A stretch of DNA of 64,000 nucleotides from assembly GCA_965661285.1 (NCBI GenBank), contig CBFIDD010000006.1:32001-96000 (forward strand), in the 5' to 3' direction. This DNA comes from Poseidonia sp. (GTDB lineage: Archaea; Thermoplasmatota; Poseidoniia; Poseidoniales; Poseidoniaceae). Both the position numbers and the translations under genes were made by a program. Below the pieces are notes generated by a model. The model saw only the letters and a program-made list of their open reading frames with translations. It ran no database searches and was not told the origin of the DNA. Position 1 is the stretch's first letter. Each line of letters starts with the position of its first letter. Positions 38,601 to 45,273 of the stretch are shown here, piece by piece.

Positions 38601-39201
38601 CAGCAGGGTTGAGGTTGCCTCGCGCGAGGACACCGGCCAAGAGGCCGGCCGCCGCAAACATCGTCAAGTAGGCAAAGAATACATACGCCGTAGCTTGGCG
38701 TTCAAGGTTCATGGTCGAGACCAGTTGGCCGCTTTCCATGGAATAGGTCGATGGGAGTGCAGCGAGTGCATCGCTAGCAGCTGCCAAAGCAAACCAGAAA
38801 CCGACGGCTGTGAAGGCCATCATGGTCATCCATTCGTGGCGACCTCGAATGTCGAGATTTGAACCGACCAGGACGATGACGGCGAACATCAATGCAGCGA
38901 CAGCGTCAACGCCGGCGAACATGTAGAGGACTTCCGCTCCGACAAAAGCCAAAACCAACACGCCGAGGGAAACGGTGGTCGTGGAAACATCGGGTCGAGA
39001 TGCCTGAACGATGCGTGGCACCAGCGCCAGCATGGATGCGATGGCGACGACGAGCATCGGCATCAGGTTGTTCAACGTCAAGTCGTATTCTACGCCTACG
39101 ACTCTGGTGGTGGCAAGAGCGAGCAGCACGGCCAGAGGTGCGAGCAGCAACCCCATGATGGCACTCGGCTGTTCAGCCTTCGTTTCCATTTCTTCTTCCA
39201 T
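29659..39201 (-). CDS. aglB: Giant oligosaccharyltransferase AglB/STT3 (3,180 aa) with an extra N-terminal TM domain and a long C-terminal beta-sandwich array ending in a TM anchor
   Basis: GSDPWY, ADHD, TVAE, SWWDYG and SDNFQ motifs of STT3/AglB, followed by carboxypeptidase-regulatory-like repeats (TDENGTFS, TSDENG, TDDEGVW). Confidence 0.88.
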   Translation of the reverse strand: MEEEMETKAEQPSAIMGLLLAPLAVLLALATTRVVGVEYDLTLNNLMPMLVVAIASMLALVPRIVQASRPDVSTTTVSLGVLVLAFVGAEVLYMFAGVDAVAALMFAVIVLVGSNLDIRGRHEWMTMMAFTAVGFWFALAAASDALAALPSTYSMESGQLVSTMNLERQATAYVFFAYLTMFAAAGLLAGVLARGNLNPAGKEGWFSFLGHKPGFNRDALPLMIALGVWVLAFAGSLYHFNSVGLIDQLGITTEEGYHGYVGYWSAFLTGVVALIVAGMVAERWYTRAMLVGSMWTLYQVAAWFEAGIWYSEDLDGTWGALIWLGFTFFLGVGIYYIGNHESYGGWANRGEHEPSQARLFLRSHGAGMMVALAFLVGLAIRIQWYAVPSMNAFGTGNWDMTGGSDPWYMKRVVDYILANNAHLIVDADRFYPVGGINPRPPLFSWSMAVGAMILEPFIGTPEDAVWWSMLGLPAVYGALTIFPIAIMAKEHFGKGAGVIAAWLIAFMPAHVTHSTWALADHDSFVMLFISIGFMYWLRAVKYAGSARITKTTSAHPMSFVRAFGDVAKHRQAAMANAVLAGVAFGIVALGWKGFVVGPSILFLAYALQVALNMFRRRDSTTLSVMFLVMLTTIFLMALPFYGHPQLNLVFDSTGLQPFLFIFGFTLAISFVTTGFRDKPWLLVLGTLAALATVFFSILFVLKSLDLSSAWDVLFTGSGYFTKTKIFGTVAEANAPNRAQLFASFGPITFLLALIMGGGLLWRGLRHRNGTALVFGVWVFAATFMAWNAARFMFNATPIMAVLGAAGIVALWQWANWRGLVRSWKKFGIRTPGDRIAGARKAVWRTPQFSAVFLVMIMIFGQQATYGLDSAIPGTANQEGEIDERIYNIVPDILRWDGLGVSILDSSTYDGRWYLGSFGSSFNDNGWNAAYQWLANQDADMPYSEKPAFVSWWDYGFQALSTGEHPSVSDNFQSGIPATGNMLLARNQDDLTAMFIWQLSEGDRTYASSDGNYRFTTSFENTLLKYLNDEQYSDFVTIQTNSDETMVDFIELRSFNVIKTNRDVVMAEGYTHEAGLFDANNKVYKIWKEGEILPCADDTATTCVGDAYGSIEQADIAFNNNVRTSQETVDGRTHTIFGDYWYTNDLLDEYYSVSTSIHRKNARLAMATQLLTDAFDADPDHTIHDLYNDLINLEGLYKVQNYEGAPGETISRDHEIRYFAIDDRLYPRAGRYTADSNYNRGQPMGIFGAPTILAGQDITTYMDEVYETVRGDFQDEMTREEVDEAMQKDFLNQQSGADIDPLQIEDVRVDHNPAFFETMVARSYVGYGASTLGLDAGSSNPQPAQHFGQSGSPGTILTNSLPLPGAMMNHFVVANWYSENPDDQIQSANTLVKILKYYPGAEMTGQVTMSDNGEGLSGIRLLVERDAFSGEGTEDLDEDTYWVPIGFVDADDDGHYSFLAPAGKIRISAFAGEYNPTVAQDKIRDGSYGERLGDILTDVNDDREINEITAILGQVANMTWLGEAQLNVTADEAERMVEMQNTLDIAVQSSGVSGTVSWTGDEAFNGDPIAETSFILRNIWSMTDNYSVETTSGSFTSEESRILQGTGEATLTENGSFDSEGIALATNFIGTFTREIGNDRSFFANGTWSGAGTIDATWVEPANVANCEFDNESNAIMPANESLCMIDDSGDVPTYRLEGTVDAFGTYTSEGTSTLSRTYGDQEAGQGETIEGAGLFEGTGTFNGTGLFIGVGAFSGPMVEPGSFYKTGLLPGTYQMIAQLENGKEVVLPDPVEIGIEPSYDLKMTLPGAIFEDTLMDMYNEVLPNQTIELVDVQLGEEFAAMILTDENGTFSYGPVAPGAYYYRGDIDNDGWYDFNETTVIDDDVSNITLALNVPDNSDITLRLVSPVDPATQEPLFDVANRTITFENDAGGLQPVVATSDENGELYAELLFGVWNINDDVNPEFVLFDQVELTPGDDDITKDVTYAKAIYINGTMRTTVVDDYDVWLQETPLEDREKTTEPASALTVNFVSGNLAFSSTTNVTGFFSVRVPSGFAYHMTTESVISDRGYGQLVSAELGENLDLGALYLEPTTTVNGMVHLYDNLTRWSSSLATWESPDITATNDAGLIWRTSGSELGEFMFGLPDGTWDITVEDSRLNATGIDDLVINRSATEQLSMMELIVHPEAVEVTLHMYLDSAEDGTFENGTMVSPDFALRPANENRESLYFTADDYTQPGLITVSLTPGGYDVVFNRTSAGDENATDYDLVSEVFLDALRVGLEAIDEPFEVPLKNTYLVSGTLVNTTDEGIANNFLLYNEADDQWFNVDSDVNGSFAAYVPAGDWLIIVAPFDNGDHTEILRQTLVVGENANERTGLSLKTDISVEVTLQLWEEQTNAKLSDMTVTAVSHDGLGNITFERTDVDGNSTELLMPGTWSLYLNRTVGGKSWFLDTSERSFTTTSATDNRLILEPEFATLEVEIGGKVYWDLDNNSAPSLNEGLPDMSVTVQGDNTSFFETVMTDDEGVWRVFVPIRDVYNVTVEREGFETVYYETQNQSGYTVHDSPDSTDIEVTAGSVDVQGSVTDQVDAARLVNANIVLYPVAGVEREPIHVDGTMNGSVLEWTSSVQPGEWVVIVTESEPGFNGGGVAIGLLDASVSDGGNITMVMALGGYVELTTAWTDIEQNEHDAGSDGDGASMISDEVQIEVTFDELSWVMDVPADGEIRELFPEGSVAFDSEFMTVQHSTNLEMEYYGGQTTSVSADSTISATLQYNRRVNSAVDITFGEASLVGASLLSASDSEIEATVSTTNESAYSTITFDYDLVYNGTELMDVFSVTGEMGLAQDSDLWTVQFYNETSESYEDSISVALGIGDAETPAVLSENIKVQITLPGVEDAWKLTNGHRMTMRLQTDLGESSQASVKVFVPQTYGFSISEATEEVGMSALIERQFSFDLTNDGNGQDSFSIELLESGIPADWSVTPMTSTLTLNKGETRTQQFTVFAPASFAEGNFDLTVYVNSQSDDVEREEVVVSIQKATIKLTLNTADIATASDLIAGQDGAVRVPVKNEGLLDAPSVIVYLTPPGGAEMSQTISVPAGGEGTAVFEGMSFNPGNQRFDYRMEVAGAEAESVESIPDADDFALEYNIESSADGESAWMTLLIALLAILVVYGGVKTARSRGGSKF

Positions 39202-39346
39202 TATTATCCCTCATTTTAGGTCCAGCCTCAAGGCTGGCGTCGTTGGCCACTTCTGAACCCCTTTTGAAGATGCCTGTTTTGAAAATGAGGACCGTGATGC
39301 AGTCGCTCTTTTTCAAGCCGTTTGAAGGAGGGATTTCTGGGCGAAT

Positions 39347-40636
39347 TTACCTCATCGCACGATGAGCGATGTCGGTGCGGAAATGGCCACCCTTGAGGTC
39401 GATGTTCGCCAGCAAATCATACGCCGCTCGTTGGGTGGCTGCAAGGTCCGGACCGAGGGCGGTGCACGAGAGCACGCGACCGCCGGAAGCGAGGTAGGTG
39501 CCAGCCTCGTCAGTTGACACACCGGCAAAATTCACCCATGCTCGCCCGTAGGTGGTTTGGGAAAGAAGTGAGGAAAGTCCCCCGAGCGGGCGGCCTTTGA
39601 CGGGCGAGGCAGGGTAGCCCTCCGAGGCGAGGACAACGGTCACTGCCGTCCCCTCGTTCAATTCCAACGCAACATCCTGCAGCCCATCGGTAGCCGCACC
39701 GTGAAGGAGAGCGTACATGTCGGTCTTCACAAGCGGCAACGTGACCTGACATTCTGGGTCGCCAAATCGAACGTTAAACTCCACGACATACGGGTCGTCG
39801 TGTTCGTCGATCATCAACCCGATGAAGAGGACGCCACGGTAGGGCGTCGTTTGGCTTGCGAGGTGCTGATGCATCGGTTCAACGATGCGGTCAACGATTT
39901 TTTGGTGGACGCTGGAGGAAACAACCGGAGCAGGACAATACGCCCCCATACCGCCCGTGTTGGGGCCCTTGTCGCCGTCGTAGGCTCGCTTGTGATCCTG
40001 GCTCGCTGGCAGCGTCCGGTAGGCTGTGCCGTCCATGACCACGAGCATGCTCGCTTCTTCGCCGGGAAGGAAGGCTTCCAGAAGAACAAAACCGTCGGTG
40101 GATATTGAGGATTCAATGAAGGCCTTGGCTTCATCCCTGTCGGAGGTGACCACAACGCCCTTTCCACCGGCCAACACGTCCCGCTTCACCACCCATGGGT
40201 TACCGGCATACCTGTCCAATGCTGCGTCGATGTCGGCGTTGGCGTCTAGCCGCTGGTAGGCTGCGGTTGGGACGCCGGCCTGTTCCATGGTTTGTTTGGC
40301 ATGAAGTTTCGAGCCCTCCAAGTGGGCCAGGGCTGCTACGGGACCAAAACACGGGATTCCCCGTACCTGACAGGCATCGGCAAGCCCTTCGCACAACGGG
40401 GCTTCTGGACCCACGACCACCAAATCCGCATTCAGTTCCGAAAAAAGTGAAACCAACGCCTCAATCTCCATGGAAGAGGCATGATTGGTCGCGATTTGGG
40501 CGGTTCCTGCGTTTCCCGGAACACAGTGGAGAGAGCCGACTTGAGGCGATGCAGCAAGCGATAGACACAGGGCGTGTTCACGTCCACCACCGCCGACAAC
40601 AACAACCGTTGCTCCATCCATGTCTCTCTGGGTCAT
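39347..40636 (-). CDS. purD: Phosphoribosylamine-glycine ligase
   Basis: VGGGGREHAL, PGNAG, VGPEAPL, LEGSK, AGGKGV, QDHKRAYDGDKGPNTGGMGAY, EFNVRFGDPECQ, GGRVL. Confidence 0.97.
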   Translation of the reverse strand: MTQRDMDGATVVVVGGGGREHALCLSLAASPQVGSLHCVPGNAGTAQIATNHASSMEIEALVSLFSELNADLVVVGPEAPLCEGLADACQVRGIPCFGPVAALAHLEGSKLHAKQTMEQAGVPTAAYQRLDANADIDAALDRYAGNPWVVKRDVLAGGKGVVVTSDRDEAKAFIESSISTDGFVLLEAFLPGEEASMLVVMDGTAYRTLPASQDHKRAYDGDKGPNTGGMGAYCPAPVVSSSVHQKIVDRIVEPMHQHLASQTTPYRGVLFIGLMIDEHDDPYVVEFNVRFGDPECQVTLPLVKTDMYALLHGAATDGLQDVALELNEGTAVTVVLASEGYPASPVKGRPLGGLSSLLSQTTYGRAWVNFAGVSTDEAGTYLASGGRVLSCTALGPDLAATQRAAYDLLANIDLKGGHFRTDIAHRAMR

Positions 40637-40721
40637 TCGGCATTGAATAAGGCCTTCGTGAATCCGAAATGGCCGACCAATCGGGAAGAATGCTTATCCG
40701 CCATGGTGCTGTGAGCGAATC

Positions 40722-42602
40722 ATGCGAACTCGTGTCCAATCAGTTGCGCTTTTCCTCTGCCTGCTCATGCTCACCTTACCTTTGGCTGCGGCCACGCCAC
40801 CCAGCGATGGCGAGAACACGACCGTATCGTCCTCGGAAACGTGGTCGGATGATGCGCACATGAACGGCCATGTTGTGGTCAACAACGGTGCCACGCTGAC
40901 CGTCAACGCCAACATCACGGTCGAGACCGGGTCCTCCATCACCGTGGAGGAGGGCGGACAGTTGGTGGTGACCAACGGTGCACTCATCAGCGATGACCTG
41001 AATGCTGGCCTGATGGTGAACAGCATGTTTGCAACGCTCACCCTCAATTTTGGAGACCTCGCAGACGAGGGTGTGCTGCAACTCAAATTTGACCACACCA
41101 TCGATGCCAATTCCAAAATGGACGTCGCCCTCGGTGATGAGACCATCAACGCCTCCGGATTGGATGTGATTCAGTTCAATGCGCCGCTCAACGACACCGA
41201 CCTCATCATCACCTTCGACTCGTACTACTTCACGCCGACCTATGTTCTGTGGGCCAAGGCCATTTACGGCGGCGGGAACACCGAAACCTTGCTTGCACAG
41301 GACATTGACGCTGCCGATGCACCGCTGTACTGGTTCCAGTCTGGCTTCGATATCCTAGCCCATGGCGACCTCTCCATCACCTCCAGCACCGTCTCCGGAG
41401 CGAGCATCCATTGCGAATCCCTGTGCCGGTTCGACGGGACCGAACTGGTGGGTAGCGCACCCATCGATGCTGCTTCGACCTCAACGGTCACCGTATTGGA
41501 CAGCATCATCAGCGGTTCACGTTCCGATGAAGACATCGTCCTCAACGACGGGGCCCAAATCACGTACACCAACAGCCAGGGCACAGGTGGTACCACGGAC
41601 GCTTGGATTCGCCTCCTCTCCCAGCGAACGTTGTCCACGAACATCCCCTACGGCAGCCTCGATGTCTACGACTTGGGTTGGGGAGCAGCCGACTGGAACG
41701 ATTTGACCGACGAAAACGGCGATATCGTCCTCGTGGACGAAGGCGCCACCAACGAACACAAGCGTATCATCGAATGGATGGACGGCACTGGAACCGTCCA
41801 GCAGGAAGACGCCAGCATCACGCTCTCCATCTCCAGTTCTTGGGGGACGTTTTCCAAGACCATCGATGCACCCACAACCGCTGAAGCCAGACTCGAGCTC
41901 GACCTTCCTTACGTGGCCGTGACCTCCGTGGTGCCAGAAACAACCACCGGCGTGGCCAACAAGAGCGTCTCAGGCATGGTGACGGTATCCAACACCGGCG
42001 ATGCTGATGTTTCAAGCGTCAGTATTTGGTGCTACCAAGGCGACGACATCGCCGACACCACACAAATGGTGGTCAGCCTTGCCGCTGGAGAAACCAAAGA
42101 GGTGCCCTTCACGTGGTACGTTTACCGCTCGGGTGAAGCCACCCTCAACTGCAAACCACTGTTGCCCTCAAACCTCGACAACATCGCTGATTTGGTCATG
42201 GATGATGTCGGCGGCACCTCTGAAATCGTCACGTGGGAATACGAAGAAGAAGTGGAAGAATTCCCCTACATCATTTGGATTGTTGCCATTCTCGGATTCA
42301 TGGGGCTCGCTGTGATCGTTGCATCACAAGCACGCAAGCAAGTTTCAGCCAAGTCCTACGCCGCTCACGAAACCTTCGATGAAGAGGAAGATGATGAGGA
42401 ACACTCCGAGGAGGCCGTCGCATCGGAGGATGTCGAGGCTGCCGACGACAAAGAGGATACCGAGGTCGCCGAACATGACGTAGCCGCTGGGGAAGAAGCC
42501 GACGAAGGCCAGGATGAAGAGGTTGAAGAACAACCCTCCAAAGAACAGGAAGAGGAGACCTCCACATCCATCTACGACCTTCAGCCCGTTGATGAAGACT
42601 GA
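40722..42602 (+). CDS. Secreted surface protein with CARDB-like domain, C-terminal TM and highly acidic tail
   Basis: Signal peptide, VVNNGATLTV beta-helix-like start, VTVSNTGDAD..LAAGETKEVPFTW, TM YIIWIVAILGFMGLAVIV, ~75-aa Asp/Glu-rich tail. Confidence 0.82.
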   Translation: MRTRVQSVALFLCLLMLTLPLAAATPPSDGENTTVSSSETWSDDAHMNGHVVVNNGATLTVNANITVETGSSITVEEGGQLVVTNGALISDDLNAGLMVNSMFATLTLNFGDLADEGVLQLKFDHTIDANSKMDVALGDETINASGLDVIQFNAPLNDTDLIITFDSYYFTPTYVLWAKAIYGGGNTETLLAQDIDAADAPLYWFQSGFDILAHGDLSITSSTVSGASIHCESLCRFDGTELVGSAPIDAASTSTVTVLDSIISGSRSDEDIVLNDGAQITYTNSQGTGGTTDAWIRLLSQRTLSTNIPYGSLDVYDLGWGAADWNDLTDENGDIVLVDEGATNEHKRIIEWMDGTGTVQQEDASITLSISSSWGTFSKTIDAPTTAEARLELDLPYVAVTSVVPETTTGVANKSVSGMVTVSNTGDADVSSVSIWCYQGDDIADTTQMVVSLAAGETKEVPFTWYVYRSGEATLNCKPLLPSNLDNIADLVMDDVGGTSEIVTWEYEEEVEEFPYIIWIVAILGFMGLAVIVASQARKQVSAKSYAAHETFDEEEDDEEHSEEAVASEDVEAADDKEDTEVAEHDVAAGEEADEGQDEEVEEQPSKEQEEETSTSIYDLQPVDED

Positions 42603-42826
42603 ACGTCACGCTTGGCATTCAAGGCTACCTCGCCTTGCAGGGTCAGCACAGCATGGTGTTGCTGTCGCCTGATGGGCCTTGGGAAGGATGGAGCTGTCTA
42701 CGATGAAACAGCCACTTTGACCGAAGGAGAATCATCGGCAGTTTCTACGAGCGAGCAAAACACCCCATGGGTGCCTGAGCTGAGAAACGTACTCAGCGGC
42801 CAAAGACCGATGATTCAAGCATGCAC

Positions 42827-44038
42827 TCAGCAGGTGGTGCCAACGCCGTCGCCCTTATCAACAGTAGGGCTGGCTTGCTGATCGCCTGAAGTGAGATCAA
42901 TGTTCCAACAATATTCAGAGGAGTAAACCGTCTGGTCACCAAGGGTGTTGGTAATCTCAACGGTGAATGTATACTCTCTTGGCCCGTCGTAGAACTCAGA
43001 CTTGTCGAGGTAGTACACACCCGAGGTGTCCGTGCCTGACCCTGTCAAACCAAACCAGCCTGCCGTGGAACCGCTTCCTGAGCCGCCACCCTGTGCGGCC
43101 CAGGTCGCTTGATCGCCATCGACGTTGATGACGCTCTCACTCCAGGTCTCGTCGCCCGAAACGGTGACTTGGACTTGATAGTCAGCGCTCATTGGGCGAA
43201 GACCGACTGCGGAGAATCCACCTCCATCTTCTGCATCTTCGTTCGGACCGAGCAGTCCAACCAGAACTTCCATGGTGATGCCAACGTATTCGTCGGCGTC
43301 GTTGCTGTCATGGAGTTCTGCGATACGAACACCGGCATTTTGGGCCTCACGGGTGGTGAAGCGAGATGGAATCTCGATTTCGCCTTCTTGACCGTTTGAG
43401 CCCACGCCCTTGATGACATACGCAACGCCTTCGTTTCCGGCGTAGTCCTCGCCGTTTCCAGCAAAGAAATCTGCGAGTGGAACCTTGAATTTCTTCATGT
43501 CGTTGCTCACATCACCCGAGTCGGACCACATTTCAACGCCGTCCGCTTCAATCGACACATCCACCGAAGACATGGTGCCTCGCACCTTGAACGAGAGTTC
43601 GTTGGTGTCTTCGTTGAGTTCAACTTCCGAAATGGCCATCGAGGCGTTGGTGGGCACGAGCATGACCGCTGCGTATGGGGTGGTGGCAATGAGAAGGGCG
43701 ACCACGACGCTGGCGCCGAGTTTGACTTGGTTGATGCTGCCGCGCATCCGTTCGCCCTGCACGATGGCCCCAATGCCCAAGACGAGGACGATGGCGACCA
43801 CAGCAAAGCCCCAAGCGCCGCCCTGTAGCGACAAAATGGCACCGAGGAGAATGATCACCCAGCCGGCGAGACTCACCTGTGTAGCTTTGTCTGGCCCGCC
43901 GGAGGCTGCGGGTGCCGACGTTGACGTGGAGGGGGCGGGTTGGGATGCAGCCTTGACCACCACCGGTTCGGGGTCGGCAGTTTTCGGTTCGGCTTCCGTG
44001 TCTTTTGCTGCGTTGGCTTTGTCCAGTAATCCACCCAT
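42827..44038 (-). CDS. Hypothetical membrane protein (3 TM plus acidic extracellular domain)
   Basis: Low-complexity N-terminus, three hydrophobic helices, ~270-aa beta-rich acidic C-terminal domain. Confidence 0.8.
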   Translation of the reverse strand: MGGLLDKANAAKDTEAEPKTADPEPVVVKAASQPAPSTSTSAPAASGGPDKATQVSLAGWVIILLGAILSLQGGAWGFAVVAIVLVLGIGAIVQGERMRGSINQVKLGASVVVALLIATTPYAAVMLVPTNASMAISEVELNEDTNELSFKVRGTMSSVDVSIEADGVEMWSDSGDVSNDMKKFKVPLADFFAGNGEDYAGNEGVAYVIKGVGSNGQEGEIEIPSRFTTREAQNAGVRIAELHDSNDADEYVGITMEVLVGLLGPNEDAEDGGGFSAVGLRPMSADYQVQVTVSGDETWSESVINVDGDQATWAAQGGGSGSGSTAGWFGLTGSGTDTSGVYYLDKSEFYDGPREYTFTVEITNTLGDQTVYSSEYCWNIDLTSGDQQASPTVDKGDGVGTTC

Positions 44039-44085
44039 GGTTAATCCCCGTTGTGCTACGGTTTAGCGAACGGTGTTATCAAATC

Positions 44086-44114
44086 AACCCCTGTATGTGT
44101 CACAGGGAGGGGTT
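44086..44114 (-). terminator. Stem-loop just downstream of the PGF-CTERM-like gene
   Basis: Inverted repeats AACCCCT/AGGGGTT (alternatively CCCTGT/ACAGGG), 14 bp after the stop at 44129. No long U-tract. Confidence 0.3.
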
Positions 44115-44128
44115 TTGTTGACGGAGCG

Positions 44129-45064
44129 TCAAAGCCCGGGAGCAGACTCTCGCCATACCTCTTCTTCACCGTCTTCTTCGGTGTTGAGGAAGCGACGACC
44201 GGCTACGGCGCCTGCGAGGGCGATCATCGAGATGGCCGGGATGATTTCGAAGCCAGGGAGGTAGACGCCACGAACGTAGACGGTGATCATCTGCGACTCA
44301 CGGTTGCAGCCACCGTTCTGGCAAGCAAATTCCGATTCAGCATAGAACTCAAGCACGTGGTAGGCATCCGACCAGCCTTGGTTCTTTGGCGTTCGGACCA
44401 TGATGCGAGCGGTCTCAGGAGCGGTGTTGGGCTCGATGGTGACGACTGTTTGTGGAAGGTTGACGGTGAAGCCGGCCTCTTCAAGGGTGTCGCGGGTGTT
44501 TTCGGTGACGCCGATCTTCATTCGGTCGATTTGGTTGCCAAAGTTGTACACCTTGAACTGGAAGTTCTTATCGGTCTTGGGCATCAACTGGACGAAGGGC
44601 TCAACGGCCTCAACTTGAACGATGCTGAACTGCATGATGTTGATCAGGGCGTTCACCTGAGAAGAAGCGGTGTTGGGCGGTGGCAGGTTGTTCAATTCCT
44701 GAACTTGAGCGGAAACCGTCAGTTGGCGGGATTGCATCTGCATGTAGGGGTTGGCACGAACGACCACTTGGAAGTCGACCTCTTGGCCTGCACCGACATA
44801 CATGTCGCCGGGTGCGGCCGTGGCGAGACCGTCGCTGGTCACCTGAATGGCGACCTTTTCGACGTAAGCCGTCGGGTTGGAGACGGTACAGGTCGTGTAG
44901 CCGGTGAGCGTGGCACCGGGTTTGACTTCGACCTGAATCTGTCCGGGGGCGCAGGTCATGGAAACCGCAGCACCGGAGACTTGTGCAGAGGCAGGAACGG
45001 CCACCACCATCAACGAACAGAAGTAGATTCCCAACAAGGCCACAACTCGCTTCCATGCCGACAT
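44129..45064 (-). CDS. Secreted two-Ig-like-domain protein with PGF-CTERM-like sorting signal (possibly choice-of-anchor T family)
   Basis: ATG 45064 after AGGTGA, signal peptide, C-terminal LPGFE + hydrophobic helix + RR. Confidence 0.75.
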   Translation of the reverse strand: MSAWKRVVALLGIYFCSLMVVAVPASAQVSGAAVSMTCAPGQIQVEVKPGATLTGYTTCTVSNPTAYVEKVAIQVTSDGLATAAPGDMYVGAGQEVDFQVVVRANPYMQMQSRQLTVSAQVQELNNLPPPNTASSQVNALINIMQFSIVQVEAVEPFVQLMPKTDKNFQFKVYNFGNQIDRMKIGVTENTRDTLEEAGFTVNLPQTVVTIEPNTAPETARIMVRTPKNQGWSDAYHVLEFYAESEFACQNGGCNRESQMITVYVRGVYLPGFEIIPAISMIALAGAVAGRRFLNTEEDGEEEVWRESAPGL

Positions 45065-45159
45065 TGTCTCACCTATCGTTCTCCCCAACCCCCCCCACCT
45101 CATAACCATTATGGGTCTGTTGTGCGAAAGAAAGGCAACCTTGCAGGCCAACAGCAAGG

Positions 45160-45233
45160 TGGGCCCGAAGGGAGTTGAACCCCTGACCTCCCGGTTATGA
45201 GCCGGGCGCTCTAACCAACTAAGCTACGGGCCC
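45160..45233 (-). tRNA. tRNA with CAT anticodon, most likely tRNA-Ile2 (agmatidine type) rather than Met
   Basis: GGGCCCG acceptor stem, CCCGG-CTCATAA-CCGGG anticodon arm, GGTTCAA T-loop, discriminator A. The GGGCCC acceptor matches archaeal Ile2 tRNAs. A complete CCA is not encoded. Confidence 0.9.
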
Positions 45234-45273
45234 CATAACAGGCTCAAACATGAGCATCATGAACCTTCTTGTC

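Noticed and set aside
39570-39580. GAGGAAAGTCC, the RNase P RNA P4 signature, on the + strand
   Set aside because: It lies antisense inside the intact purD coding sequence (GLSS codons), and I saw no matching 3' P4 strand or other conserved elements.
42668-42735. CTGATG...GAAA and CCGAAGGAG words suggesting a hammerhead ribozyme or glycine riboswitch
   Set aside because: The core consensus and stem order do not fit: no CUGAUGA-stem-GAAA arrangement and no CTCAGG partner on this strand.
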